From Bacteriovoracia bacterium (GTDB taxonomy: Bacteria; Bdellovibrionota; UBA1018; JBFWNL01), in the NCBI GenBank assembly GCA_050251055.1, contig JBFWNL010000001.1, positions 299,825-363,824 of the forward strand: a stretch of 64,000 nt of DNA. The letters are read 5' to 3'. Each line of letters starts with the position of its first letter. Position 1 is the stretch's first letter. Under the pieces are notes generated by a model that had not been told where the DNA came from, did no database searches, and was given only the letters and a program-made list of their open reading frames with translations. The translations under genes were made by a program, and so were the position numbers. Shown one piece after another: positions 48,927-59,290 of this stretch.

Positions 48927-49712
48927 TCAAGTCTTGAGCTTATAGCCCTTGTGCACGAGCACGGCCGCCCAAGTCGCGAAAACCGTGGCAAGCGCTAGCG
49001 AAACCGTCACGGAAAGCAGGGGATCCGCCTCACGAATACCGAGCGTCCCGTACCGAAAGCCGTCGTTGAGATAGAATATGGGGTTCAGCCGCGAAAGGCT
49101 GCCCCATATTCCCGGCAGCACCGAAATCGGGTAAAAAACCCCACCCAGAAAAATCATCGGGAGGATCAGGAAGTTGTTCCAAACCGCAAGGTGATCCCAC
49201 GAGTTGGAGTAGATCGCGGCGACGATTCCCATTACCGAAAAGAGAAAGCTCGCCACCACGATCATCAACAGCGCGTATAGCGGGTGTGCCCAAGGCATGC
49301 CCGAGAAGGCGAGCGAGATTAACCAAACCGCCACGCCAACCAGCAATCCCCGCAGCATGGCCGCGATGGTGAACGCCAATATGAACTGATTCGCGGAAAC
49401 CGGCATCACGAGAAAATCGACGATATTACCGATATAGCGGGAGAAGAAAAGCGACGAGGACGTGTTGGCGAAGGAATTATTCACGACGCCCATCAGGATC
49501 AGGCCTGGAATAACAAATTGCAGGAAGGAAATCTCCACGCCTTCGACTTGAATCTGGCGCCCCATCCCAATCCCAAAAACGAACAGGTATAAGGAAGCGG
49601 TGATGGTCGGCGCGATTAGGGTCTGAACGGAAACCGCCCAGAAGCGCAGCACCTCTTTTTTGACGAGCGTCTGAAAAGGCAACCAGTTCGCCCTCGTCAC
49701 CCCGTTGATCAT
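48927..49712 (-). CDS. ABC-2 type transporter permease (YadH-like)
   Basis: QTLIAP, FVIPGL, NTSSS, FLGGVFY, LNPIFYLNDGFRYG. Confidence 0.92.
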   Translation of the reverse strand: MINGVTRANWLPFQTLVKKEVLRFWAVSVQTLIAPTITASLYLFVFGIGMGRQIQVEGVEISFLQFVIPGLILMGVVNNSFANTSSSLFFSRYIGNIVDFLVMPVSANQFILAFTIAAMLRGLLVGVAVWLISLAFSGMPWAHPLYALLMIVVASFLFSVMGIVAAIYSNSWDHLAVWNNFLILPMIFLGGVFYPISVLPGIWGSLSRLNPIFYLNDGFRYGTLGIREADPLLSVTVSLALATVFATWAAVLVHKGYKLKT

Positions 49713-50653
49713 GGTCGGGCGGCCTCCGCACGAGCACGAGTTCCGGTGAGCTTCAGGAAGACGTCCTCTAGACTCACCTCTTCCGTGCGGATATCACTCA
49801 CGCCCACGCCGTGCTTTTGGCAAAGCTTTAGGAAATCCCCAATCAGCACGTCCTTGGGCAGCGTCACGTTCCAACGTTTGCCATCCGCCTCCACCGCCAC
49901 GGGATAGGCGCACCATTCGGGACGCGCGGCGATGGCGGATTCGAGGGTAAGCAAGAGCTTCTTTTCATTTAACTGGCGGATGAGATGCTCCGTACGCTCC
50001 AACGTGACCAGACGCCCATGATCCATGATGGCGATGCGACCACACATCTTCTCGGCCTCTTCCAGATAGTGGGTCGTCAGCAGCACCGTGGTTCCCTGCT
50101 GGTTCACTTCCCGCACGAACTCCCAAAGCGTGCGCCGAAGCTCCACGTCCACCCCCGCGGTTGGCTCGTCGAGGATCAAGAGCTTTGGGCGATGGATCAA
50201 CGCCTTAGCCACCATGAACCGTCGCCGCATCCCGCCCGAGAGCGCCAACATCTTTTTTTCCAAGTGCGGCCCAAGATCCAATCGATCAATCAAGAGCCCT
50301 CGCCACTTTGGATCGTCGGCTACGCCGTAGTACCCGGCGTGCATTTTCAGCGCGATTCCGATCGGAAAAAAATTGTCGACGACGATTTCCTGGTGCATCA
50401 CTCCGACGGCGCGGCGGGTGATGAGATAGTCCGTCACATTGTCGTGCCCGTAGACTTCGATCTTGCCCCCACCCAGACGGGTCACGCCGGAAATCATATT
50501 GATGATCGTGCTCTTGCCCGCGCCATTTGGGCCTAGCAAGCCGACAATCTCCCCGGGCGCGATATCGAGGTTCAAATCACTTACGACCGGCTGCAATACC
50601 CCGTTTTTTTTAAAGCTCTTGGAGAGATTCTGGATCTTCAGCGCCGACGTCAT
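49709..50653 (-). CDS. ABC transporter ATP-binding protein (YadG-like)
   Basis: GPNGAGKS, LSGGMRRR, LDEPTAGVD, TTHYLEEAE. Confidence 0.95.
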   Translation of the reverse strand: MTSALKIQNLSKSFKKNGVLQPVVSDLNLDIAPGEIVGLLGPNGAGKSTIINMISGVTRLGGGKIEVYGHDNVTDYLITRRAVGVMHQEIVVDNFFPIGIALKMHAGYYGVADDPKWRGLLIDRLDLGPHLEKKMLALSGGMRRRFMVAKALIHRPKLLILDEPTAGVDVELRRTLWEFVREVNQQGTTVLLTTHYLEEAEKMCGRIAIMDHGRLVTLERTEHLIRQLNEKKLLLTLESAIAARPEWCAYPVAVEADGKRWNVTLPKDVLIGDFLKLCQKHGVGVSDIRTEEVSLEDVFLKLTGTRARAEAARP

Positions 50654-50700
50654 CCAAATGACTATAGCCCAGGGAAACCTGCGTGGTAAGATCATTCCAC

Positions 50701-51735
50701 ATGAAAGTCCTGATTGTCGCCGACCCCATCACGGGCCTCCTTCCCCGTTCCGACACCGGATTGATCCTCCTGCGAGAATCGCTCGCGCGCGGACACGAAA
50801 CCCATTGGGCGCAAGCCACGGACGTCGGTCTGGCCGGAACTCAGGTCATCGTGCGATCAAAACGGGTCCTCAGCTGCGCCGAAAACAAGAAACCCCTCCT
50901 AGATAAAGCCGGTGCGGTGCGACCTGTCGCTGAATTCAACTCCGTGTGGATCCGTAAGGATCCTCCGTTCGATGATAGTTACGTTTCCCTTTGCTGGTTA
51001 CTTCAACTCGCGGCGGCGCCGCCTCCGGATGGTCCTGAAGCGCGCGACGTGCGCTCCTCGTTACCCGTCATGGTAAACCACCCCGGATTGCTTTTGCGCT
51101 ATCACGAGAAGACCCTGCCTTTTCTCGCCCTGCGCACCGGGTACCTGCGCGAGGCCGATCTCGTGCCGACCTTGCTGAGTGGATCGATTCAAAGCGCAAA
51201 GGACCTCCCCCCTAGCGTGCGTACCACTTTTAGTGACGTGGAAATCGTGACCAAGCCCTGGCTCGGACACGGTGGAGGCGGCGTTCGACAACACCCCAAG
51301 CTCGAGACCGCGCTCAAACACGCGGCGAAAGCCGATCGAGGGGGCGACCGACAAATGATCCAGCCGCTCGTTTCGGAAGTCACGACCGCCGGAGACCGGC
51401 GCGCGTTTTTCCTTAACGGGCAATACCGCGGCGGCTTCATCCGGCTGCCGAAAAAAGGCGGCATTATTTCCAACCTCGCCGCCGGCGGATCGGCCGTGGA
51501 CAGGCCGCTCACCCCGCGCGAAAAGGAACTCTGCGACCGCCTCTCGCGTTTCTTCACCGAAATCGGCCGACCTCTAGGATTGTATTTCGCGGGCGTGGAC
51601 CTGCTCGCCGGGCGTGTTTCCGAGATCAACGTCACCGCACCCACGGGGCTCGCGAAGTTAAACGAGCTGACGGGAGCCGCATTGGCCCCCGCCTATCTCG
51701 ATTTCGTCGAACGGCTGGTCGCACGCCGTCCGTAA
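50701..51735 (+). CDS. gshB: Glutathione synthetase-like ATP-grasp ligase
   Basis: RKDPPFD, HEK, KPWLGHGG, GDRR, NLAAGG, EINVTAPTG. Confidence 0.75.
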   Translation: MKVLIVADPITGLLPRSDTGLILLRESLARGHETHWAQATDVGLAGTQVIVRSKRVLSCAENKKPLLDKAGAVRPVAEFNSVWIRKDPPFDDSYVSLCWLLQLAAAPPPDGPEARDVRSSLPVMVNHPGLLLRYHEKTLPFLALRTGYLREADLVPTLLSGSIQSAKDLPPSVRTTFSDVEIVTKPWLGHGGGGVRQHPKLETALKHAAKADRGGDRQMIQPLVSEVTTAGDRRAFFLNGQYRGGFIRLPKKGGIISNLAAGGSAVDRPLTPREKELCDRLSRFFTEIGRPLGLYFAGVDLLAGRVSEINVTAPTGLAKLNELTGAALAPAYLDFVERLVARRP

Positions 51736-51752
51736 GACGCGTACGGATCCGG

Positions 51753-53108
51753 TTACTGAAAGCAAGCCGCGGTTTGAAATGGAAATCCTCCGGGCGATTC
51801 CGCGTTGACATCAAAGCAGCTGCCGGAATTCACGGTCAGGCTGAGCGAGAAATCACCCGTCCCCTCGAAGGTGACGGAACCCGAGTCCACTGCGATCGCA
51901 CCGTTCACGGGCGTGAGGATAGTCCCCGCCGCGGCCGAAATCTGGCGCGCACCGGTTTCGCCAAGCGCGTCTCCGTCGTCGTTGAACACTAACCCGACGC
52001 TTAGGTTCGATAGGACCTGCACCTGGGGTACGCCGCCGGGAATCACGATCTTCGCATCAAAGCCCGGAATACTCAGGGCCGCGGTCGATCCCGCAAACGC
52101 CAGGGTCAAGTCCGCTCCGCGCAAGCCGACTCCCGTAAATGAGATCTCACGCGCCAAATCGTCCAAGCGTATCTCACCCGCGAGGCCGGGCGCGATCCAA
52201 TGCGAAGGATGTCGGACATCGTTGCGATCGTACATCGGAAGCTCGAGCTCAACGCCAAAGACATCCAATGCTGCGGACACCTGTTTCAATGCCCGGTCTA
52301 AACGCACGACCACCATGGCCGGGGCAATCGCTACTTGAATATCCGCGTGATCGTCACCGGCTCCACCCGAAACATGCACCGCCTCCGCGACACCCACGGC
52401 AATGCTGCCTGATTGATCACTCTCCCTGGCTAAACGGAGCCGGACGCGCCCTTCCATAACGGAGGGCAATCCTTCTCCAGGCACGACGCCGGGGTCCGCC
52501 GACGCAATTTGGATGCCCAGCAAGGTTTGGCGTAGATCGGAGAGCGCGACGTCCATCGTAAACTCATTCTCCGCGTACGTGAGTACGAGCGGCGTATATC
52601 CGTCGAACCTTACGCTCAAACTTCCGGCGGTTTCCCCGCGAGGCGTCTGCGCGAGCGTGAAATGACCGACCACGCTTACACACGGTCCGGGATTATTTCC
52701 CGCGAGCTTTGCACAGATCGCCGAAGCATCGGGAGTATAACGAATCTCTCCCGTCGCGGAATCAAGGACGGGATTCGCAAGGAAGAGCCGCAGGAGAGAC
52801 TCCAAATCATCCGCCACTTCATCCAACGACGTCTCACGTGTGCGAAACGCTTGTCCCCTCACCACCCGCGTGTTTTCGTTATCCGCGTTCCCAGAAAAAT
52901 AGTCGCCCACCCCATGGAGAGTCTCGCCGTTAATGATCAGATCGCTCACGCCCCGAAGCAGGACGCTACCCGTGATACCTACGGACTTTTGAATCGCCTC
53001 GGCAGCCGTGCTGAGCTGCTCTTCCGCCGATTTCTTCGCACAGCCCCCAGCCAAGACGGCAAGCACTCCAACCCAAACCATTGCGTTCATTGTATTTTTC
53101 ATCCCCAT
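51753..53108 (-). CDS. Hypothetical beta-rich lipoprotein
   Basis: GGAAGGAG RBS before ATG 53108; lipobox LAGGC. Confidence 0.7.
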   Translation of the reverse strand: MGMKNTMNAMVWVGVLAVLAGGCAKKSAEEQLSTAAEAIQKSVGITGSVLLRGVSDLIINGETLHGVGDYFSGNADNENTRVVRGQAFRTRETSLDEVADDLESLLRLFLANPVLDSATGEIRYTPDASAICAKLAGNNPGPCVSVVGHFTLAQTPRGETAGSLSVRFDGYTPLVLTYAENEFTMDVALSDLRQTLLGIQIASADPGVVPGEGLPSVMEGRVRLRLARESDQSGSIAVGVAEAVHVSGGAGDDHADIQVAIAPAMVVVRLDRALKQVSAALDVFGVELELPMYDRNDVRHPSHWIAPGLAGEIRLDDLAREISFTGVGLRGADLTLAFAGSTAALSIPGFDAKIVIPGGVPQVQVLSNLSVGLVFNDDGDALGETGARQISAAAGTILTPVNGAIAVDSGSVTFEGTGDFSLSLTVNSGSCFDVNAESPGGFPFQTAACFQ

Positions 53109-53403
53109 TCCGTTGCTCCTTCCGGAAGATTCAGATTTCACTTTTGATGCCGAATTAACTATTTGAATTTAAAGCCTTTATCAGGCACTCGGCTGACCTG
53201 GCCTGGGTACACGGCGACCTCGCGTTGCGATCCTGACCCAGTACGCGTCCTCCCGGTTGTCTGTCTTTTTTTATCAAGTACTCTACCCAGAAGGTTTTTT
53301 GGCGTGGGGCTAGTCAGGCCGGTCGGATTCGTTTAAAAGCTTCCCATTGCGCCCTGCATACATATGGATTCGCGGCTGACGCGACGAAGGAGACGAGATC
53401 GAT

Positions 53404-55050
53404 ATGCGAAATGGAATTTCGAAGTTTTTCATTGGGGTAGCGGCCCTTGCGCTCATTACTGCCTGCACCAAAAAGGAAACCGCGGTTCAAAAAGGAACCC
53501 AGAATCAAGTATTCCACAAGGGTAACGGCACCGAGGTTCAAGAGCTCGATCCGCATATCGTGACGGGCGTGCCCGAGCACAACATTATATCCGCGCTTTT
53601 CGAAGGGCTCGTGGACGAGGATCCCGTCGATCTCCATCCGGTTCCCGGCATGGCGGAGAGCTGGACCATTTCTCCCGATAAAAAAACCTATACGTTCAAG
53701 ATCCGCAAGGGCGCCAAGTGGTCCAACGGCGACGCCTTCACCGCGCACGACTTCGTTTACGGATGGAAGCGTGTGCTCTCGCCCGCGCTCGCCGGCGAGT
53801 ACGCGTACATGCTTTTCTACGTGAAGAACGCGGAAGCCTATAACCAGAAAAAAATCACTGATTTCTCGCAAGTCGGCGTGAAAGCGCTCGACGACCACAC
53901 CTTGCAGGTCGTCCTTCATAGCCCGACGCCGTTCTTTCTCTCGCTTCTGCAACACTACTCGACCTTCCCGGCGCACCAGAAGACGATCGAGAAGTTTGGC
54001 GCCATCGATGCGCGCGGAACGAAGTGGACGCGCCCGGAGAACATGGTCAGCAATGGTCCGTTCACCCTCAAGACGTGGGAACTCAACAAGATCATCACCG
54101 TCGTGAAGAATCCCAACTACTGGGACGCCGCGGTGGTGAAGCTCAACGAGATCAACTTCTATCCGACCGAGCAGATCCAGACCGAAGAGCGCATGTTCCG
54201 CTCCGGCGATCTGCACGTCACCGAGCAGGTGCCGCTCAACAAGATCGAGGTCTACAAGAAGGATGAGCCGAACCTCATCCGCATCGATCCTTACCTCGGC
54301 ACTTACTATTACCGTTTCAACGTGACCAAGGCGCCGTTCGACAACGAAAAGGTGCGTCGCGCGTTCTCGATGTCGATTGACCGCAAGCTCATCGTGGAGA
54401 GGGTAACCAAGGGCGGCCAGATGCCGGCGAACGCTTTTGTTCCCCCGAACACCGCGGGCTATACTTCGCGGGCCCGGGTGCCGGACGACATCGAAGCGGC
54501 GAAAAAGCTCATGGCCGAAGCAGGCTACGCCGACGGCAAGAACTTCCCCAAGGCGGAAATCGTGTACAACACCAGCGAATCCCACAAGATTATCGCCGAG
54601 GCATTGCAGCAGATGTGGAAGAAAAACCTAGGCGTCGACGTACAACTCACCAACCAGGACTGGAAGGTGTACCTGAACTCGCAGAAGACGCTCGCCTATA
54701 ACCTTTCGCGCGCGGGCTGGATCGGCGACTACCCGGATCCGAATACGTTCATGGACATGTTCGTCACCAATGGTGGCAACAACCAGACCGGTTGGTCCAG
54801 CAAACAGTACGACGATTACATCCGGCAGGCCGGCCTGACGGACGACCAGGCCAAGCGCTACGAGATCTTCCAGAAGGCCGAGGAGCTCTTGATGAAGGAA
54901 TCCCCCATCCTCCCGATCTACACGTACACCAGCGTGTACTTGCTCTCTCCGGACGTGAAGGGCTGGAATCCTACGATCGTCAACCACCACCCGTGGAAAC
55001 ACGTGTACTTGGAAGCTTCGGAAAAAAACACGAAGCTCTCTAGCAACTAA
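53404..55050 (+). CDS. oppA: Oligopeptide ABC transporter substrate-binding lipoprotein
   Basis: Lipobox LITAC; LDPH, LFEGL, KWSNG, SNGPF, GWIGDYPDP. Confidence 0.95.
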   Translation: MRNGISKFFIGVAALALITACTKKETAVQKGTQNQVFHKGNGTEVQELDPHIVTGVPEHNIISALFEGLVDEDPVDLHPVPGMAESWTISPDKKTYTFKIRKGAKWSNGDAFTAHDFVYGWKRVLSPALAGEYAYMLFYVKNAEAYNQKKITDFSQVGVKALDDHTLQVVLHSPTPFFLSLLQHYSTFPAHQKTIEKFGAIDARGTKWTRPENMVSNGPFTLKTWELNKIITVVKNPNYWDAAVVKLNEINFYPTEQIQTEERMFRSGDLHVTEQVPLNKIEVYKKDEPNLIRIDPYLGTYYYRFNVTKAPFDNEKVRRAFSMSIDRKLIVERVTKGGQMPANAFVPPNTAGYTSRARVPDDIEAAKKLMAEAGYADGKNFPKAEIVYNTSESHKIIAEALQQMWKKNLGVDVQLTNQDWKVYLNSQKTLAYNLSRAGWIGDYPDPNTFMDMFVTNGGNNQTGWSSKQYDDYIRQAGLTDDQAKRYEIFQKAEELLMKESPILPIYTYTSVYLLSPDVKGWNPTIVNHHPWKHVYLEASEKNTKLSSN

Positions 55051-55079
55051 GCCGGGCCAGAAGTTGAGAGTGGGGGCCC

Positions 55080-56012
55080 ATGCTTAAGTACGCCATCAAA
55101 AAACTCCTGGAAGTCATCCCGGTGCTGTTCGCGGTAGCGACGATGACCTTCTTCATGTGCCGGTTCGCGCCGGGGGGGCCTTTTGATACGGACAAGCGCG
55201 TGCCCGACGAAATCCTCAAAAACCTAAACGAGAAATACCACCTGAACGATCCGCTCTATAAGCAGTACTTCGACTACATGACGGGACTGCTGCACGGCGA
55301 TTTTGGCCCCTCGTTCAAGTACCCCGGCAAGAGCGTGAGCGAGATTATCCTTACGGGATTGCCGGTGACGGCGGAGCTGGGCTTTTACGCCTTGATCGTC
55401 GCGTTGGTCATCGGATTAGCGGCGGGGGTAAACGCCGCGATCAAACCCAACTCGCTTAGGGATTACGCCCCAATGTCAGCGGCAATGATCGGCATCTGCA
55501 TGCCGGCGTTCTTGCTGGGCCCCACGCTCGTGCTTTTCTTTTCCATCTATCTCGGCTGGCTACCCGTCTCCGGCTGGGATTCGTTCGCGCATAAGATCCT
55601 ACCCTCGATCACGCTGGGCACGGCGTACGCGGCGTATATCGCCCGCCTGAGCCGCAGCGGCATGTTGGAAATCCTCTCGCAGGACTTTATTCGCACCGCC
55701 CGCGCCAAGGGCGTCTCGGAAGCAGTGGTGATCATCCGTCATGCTTTGCGCGGCGGCCTCACCCCCGTCGTTTCATTCCTGGGTCCCGCCATCACCGGAC
55801 TACTCTCCGGCTCGTTCGTCGTGGAAACCGTCTTCCAGATCCCGGGCCTGGGGCGCTTCTTCGTGCAAGGCGCGTTCAATCGCGACTATACGATGATCAT
55901 GGGCACGACTATCTTTCTCGCGGGCTTGATCCTGATCATGAACGCGGTCTCCGATGCCATGCTCGTCTGGATGAATCCCCGCCTGAGCTTCGGCGGCAAG
56001 GGGGGCAAGTGA
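55080..56012 (+). CDS. oppB: Oligopeptide ABC permease
   Basis: APGGPF, GDFGPS, FIRTARAKG, GSFVVETVF, NRDY. Confidence 0.95.
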   Translation: MLKYAIKKLLEVIPVLFAVATMTFFMCRFAPGGPFDTDKRVPDEILKNLNEKYHLNDPLYKQYFDYMTGLLHGDFGPSFKYPGKSVSEIILTGLPVTAELGFYALIVALVIGLAAGVNAAIKPNSLRDYAPMSAAMIGICMPAFLLGPTLVLFFSIYLGWLPVSGWDSFAHKILPSITLGTAYAAYIARLSRSGMLEILSQDFIRTARAKGVSEAVVIIRHALRGGLTPVVSFLGPAITGLLSGSFVVETVFQIPGLGRFFVQGAFNRDYTMIMGTTIFLAGLILIMNAVSDAMLVWMNPRLSFGGKGGK

Positions 56013-56929
56013 TTTCCACGAAGAGCGTAAGCCCCCTTACTAGCGAGCAAGTTCTAGCCGGTCCACCCAATGACGTGGAACAAGGGACCTCCCTTTGGGC
56101 GGACGCTTGGTTGCGGTTACGCAAGAACAAGCTCGCGGTCTTCGGGGCAGGCGTCATCATTTTCATGACCGCGATCGCGATCCTCACCCCGTGGATTGCT
56201 CCCTACGCTTACGACGCCCAGGATTTGCAGCTCGGCTACGCCGCCCCCAGCTGGGAGCACTGGATGGGAACCGACTCCCTCGGACGCGACTTGCTCACGC
56301 GCATCATGTACGGCGGGCGCATCTCGCTGATGGTTGGCTTCCTTGCGACTTTTGTATCGCTCGTGATCGGAGTGCTCTGGGGCACGATCGCGGGCTACCT
56401 GGGTGGACGCGTGGACGCATTGATGATGCGAATCGTGGATACGCTCTACGCCCTCCCTTTCATCATTTTCGTGATTCTGCTGATGGTATTCTTCGGCCGT
56501 AACCTAATCCTGCTCTTCATGGCGATTGGCGCGGTCGAGTGGCTCACCATGGCTCGTATCGTCCGTGGACAGGTTCTGTCGTTACGCCGTCAGGAATTCA
56601 TCGAGGCCACCGTCGCCATGGGCATCCCCCAGCGGCAGATCATCCTCAAGCACTTGATCCCGAACGCGCTCGGCCCCATCATCGTCTACACGACGCTGAC
56701 CATCCCAAGCGTGATGTTGCTCGAAGCGTTCCTGAGCTTCTTGGGCTTGGGTGTGCAGCCGCCCATGAGCTCCTGGGGTTTATTGGTCGCCGACGGAGCG
56801 GCTTTGATGGAAGAGGCCCCTTGGCTGCTCGTCTTCCCAGGCTCGGTACTTGCCGTAACCCTTTTCTCGTTGAACTTCCTGGGCGACGGATTGCGTGACG
56901 CCCTCGACCCAAAGGCGTCGAAGGATTGA
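56009..56929 (+). CDS. oppC: Oligopeptide ABC permease
   Basis: GTDSLGRD, ARIVRGQ, HLIPN, EAFLSFLGLG, GDGLRDALDP. Confidence 0.95.
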   Translation: MISTKSVSPLTSEQVLAGPPNDVEQGTSLWADAWLRLRKNKLAVFGAGVIIFMTAIAILTPWIAPYAYDAQDLQLGYAAPSWEHWMGTDSLGRDLLTRIMYGGRISLMVGFLATFVSLVIGVLWGTIAGYLGGRVDALMMRIVDTLYALPFIIFVILLMVFFGRNLILLFMAIGAVEWLTMARIVRGQVLSLRRQEFIEATVAMGIPQRQIILKHLIPNALGPIIVYTTLTIPSVMLLEAFLSFLGLGVQPPMSSWGLLVADGAALMEEAPWLLVFPGSVLAVTLFSLNFLGDGLRDALDPKASKD

Positions 56930-56942
56930 TGGGAGCGACGCG

Positions 56943-57920
56943 ATGGCACTTTTAAGCGTTCAAGACTTGCGTACATATTTTCATACCCGCAACGGGGTCG
57001 TGAAGGCCGTGGACGGCATTTCCTTCGACCTGGAAAGGGGCGAAACGCTTGGCATCGTGGGCGAGAGCGGCTCCGGCAAATCAGTTTCGAATTACTCGAT
57101 CTTGAGCCTGATCCCCATGCCGCCTGGCCGCATCGAATCGGGTTCGGCCGTGTTCGACGGAGTCGACTTACTGAAATGTTCGAAGGATCAGCTCCGCAAG
57201 ATCCGCGGCAACCGAATTTCCATGATTTTCCAGGATCCCATGACCTGCCTAAATCCCTACCTCAAAGTAGGCTTTCAGATCATGGAGCCCCTACTCCTGC
57301 ATAAGCAGATGAACAAATTCGATGCCAGCAAGAAGGTGGTCGAAGCGCTCCGCCAAGTTGGGATCCGGGATCCCGAGGCACGCATGAATCAATACCCGCA
57401 CCAGTTCTCGGGCGGGATGCGGCAGCGCGTGATGATTGCCATGGCCCTCATCACCGAACCCGAGCTTCTAATCGCCGACGAACCGACGACCGCGTTGGAT
57501 GTGACCGTCCAAGCGCAAATCCTCGACCTGATCCGCAAGCTCCAGCGCGAAAAGGGCACCGCCGTCATCTTCATCACCCACGACTTAGGCGTAATCGCGA
57601 GCATGGCCAAGCGGGTCCTGGTCATGTACGCCGGCCGGGTGGCCGAAGCCGGAACGACGATGGATATCTTTAAGCGCCCTAAACACCCCTATACCAAGGC
57701 TCTCATGGCCTCAATTCCCGCGACCCATGCGCGCGGCGAAGAACTTTATACTATTCCGGGCATGCCGCCGGACGTATCGAAGAAAATTAATGGCTGCGCT
57801 TTCGCCCCCCGCTGTTCGTTCGCGCTCGCGACCTGCCGGGAGCGCGACCCCCGCGCGCTCGAGGTTGAAACCGCGCATCTTTCGGCCTGCTTACGTGTCC
57901 AGGAAGGAGCGGTGCTATGA
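56943..57920 (+). CDS. oppD: Oligopeptide ABC ATP-binding protein
   Basis: [31 protein letters not shown]. Confidence 0.95.
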   Translation: MALLSVQDLRTYFHTRNGVVKAVDGISFDLERGETLGIVGESGSGKSVSNYSILSLIPMPPGRIESGSAVFDGVDLLKCSKDQLRKIRGNRISMIFQDPMTCLNPYLKVGFQIMEPLLLHKQMNKFDASKKVVEALRQVGIRDPEARMNQYPHQFSGGMRQRVMIAMALITEPELLIADEPTTALDVTVQAQILDLIRKLQREKGTAVIFITHDLGVIASMAKRVLVMYAGRVAEAGTTMDIFKRPKHPYTKALMASIPATHARGEELYTIPGMPPDVSKKINGCAFAPRCSFALATCRERDPRALEVETAHLSACLRVQEGAVL

Positions 57921-58939
57921 GTATCCCTACGGACGGCACGGCCAATCCCAACTTCTTGCAGCTCAAAGACGTCAAGACCTACTTCCCGATTACCTCCGGA
58001 TTATTCGTCCAGAAAGTCCGCGCAACGGTCAGGGCCGTCGACGGGGTCAATTTGACCGTCGCCAAGGGTGAGGTTCTGGGTTTGGTCGGGGAAAGCGGCT
58101 GCGGTAAATCCACCCTGGGCCGCACGATCATGCAGCTCATCCCCCCAACTGCGGGCAACGTGGAACTGGCGGGCGTTACCCTGAACACCTTGCCGCCGGA
58201 GCGACTCCGCACCGAACGGCCGCGCTTCCAGATGATCTTCCAGGACCCCTACTCGTCGCTCAACCCGCGCATGACGGTTTTCGACATCCTGGCCGAACCG
58301 CTGCTTTACCACCGCCGCGCTACCTCGGCTAACATCGCCGAAAAGGTTTCCACGCTCATGACGGAAGTGGGCCTGGCCCCACGCTTCATGAAGAAATACC
58401 CGCACGAGTTTTCGGGCGGCCAGCGTCAACGCATCGCTATCGCGCGGGCATTGGCTTTGGAACCTGAAGTAATCGTTGCCGACGAACCTGTCTCCGCTCT
58501 TGATGTCTCGATTCAATCGCAAATCCTGAACCTGCTCGTGCAGCTGACGCGCAAGCGCAACCTCACGATGATTTTTATTTCCCACGACCTATCGGTGATT
58601 AAGCATATCTCCGACCGTGTGGCCGTAATGTACCTGGGCAAGATCGTGGAGCTTGGGCGCACCGAAGAGATCTTTGCGGCCCCCAAACACCCGTACACCC
58701 AGGCCCTGCTCTCGGCGATCTCGCTGCCGGACCCGGAGGCAGAATCCAAGCGTAAGCGGATTCTCTTAGAAGGCGACCCGCCGTCGCCGATCAACCCACC
58801 TTCAGGGTGCGCCTTCCATCCCCGCTGCCCGCACGCGCGCGATTTCTGCGCGAAGCAGACGCCGAAGCTTGAAAACTTCCCGGCGCCCACGCACCACGAA
58901 GTGTCGTGCCTGCGCGCGCACGAAATCAATCCAGCCTAA
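57917..58939 (+). CDS. oppF: Oligopeptide ABC ATP-binding protein
   Basis: GESGCGKS, SLNPR, SGGQRQR, DEPVSALD, PSPINPPSGC. Confidence 0.95.
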   Translation: MSIPTDGTANPNFLQLKDVKTYFPITSGLFVQKVRATVRAVDGVNLTVAKGEVLGLVGESGCGKSTLGRTIMQLIPPTAGNVELAGVTLNTLPPERLRTERPRFQMIFQDPYSSLNPRMTVFDILAEPLLYHRRATSANIAEKVSTLMTEVGLAPRFMKKYPHEFSGGQRQRIAIARALALEPEVIVADEPVSALDVSIQSQILNLLVQLTRKRNLTMIFISHDLSVIKHISDRVAVMYLGKIVELGRTEEIFAAPKHPYTQALLSAISLPDPEAESKRKRILLEGDPPSPINPPSGCAFHPRCPHARDFCAKQTPKLENFPAPTHHEVSCLRAHEINPA

Positions 58940-58953
58940 TAACTCTCCGCTCA

Positions 58954-59013
58954 GACGGGGGACGCCCATCCGTGGGCTCAATTGTTCAGCGCCCTCGTGG
59001 CCCGTGGATGCCC
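58954..59013 (+). repeat. Dispersed double-hairpin repeat, diverged core copy B
   Basis: 46/60 ungapped identity (counted by eye) to the reverse complement of 59325-59384. Confidence 0.8.
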
Positions 59014-59192
59014 AAATAAGTCCGCTTTTAGAAAGGACGATAGCCCTATGTTTGGCTACGGTTTTTATGACTTCAGAGTCGTGCGCGACGTGAGCAATTG
59101 TGCAGATGGTTAGTGGAATGGGGTTTCCCAAGGCCACAAATATTTTGCTGCACTTGTGGCCGGCGTATAAGACGGCACTAGCCACTGAAAGC

Positions 59193-59232
59193 GAGATTAG
59201 AGAGACCGCTGAAAAGCGGTTTCTCTAATCTC
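59193..59232 (+). other. 18-bp hairpin with GAAA tetraloop
   Basis: GAGATTAGAGAGACCGCT-GAAA-AGCGGTTTCTCTAATCTC (17 Watson-Crick pairs + 1 G:U). Confidence 0.8.
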
Positions 59233-59290
59233 AATTGCAAGCCGAACCTGGACAGCATATCCGTCCACGCTTCACATAAATCTGGGTATG

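Noticed and set aside
53137-53152. Fifth sigma54-like motif (minus strand CGGCATCAAAAGTGAA) before the lipoprotein gene
   Set aside because: The -12 dinucleotide is GA rather than the near-invariant GC.
53314-54585. Long antisense ORFs (also 5648-6736, 24364-25434, 3232-4110)
   Set aside because: Shadow frames of well-supported genes, expected at high GC3; no motifs of their own.
59111-59113. Pyrrolysine or stop-codon recoding at the micro-ORF amber
   Set aside because: TAG is a normal stop for several genes here (e.g. tal, ggt, slyD) and no pyl genes are present.
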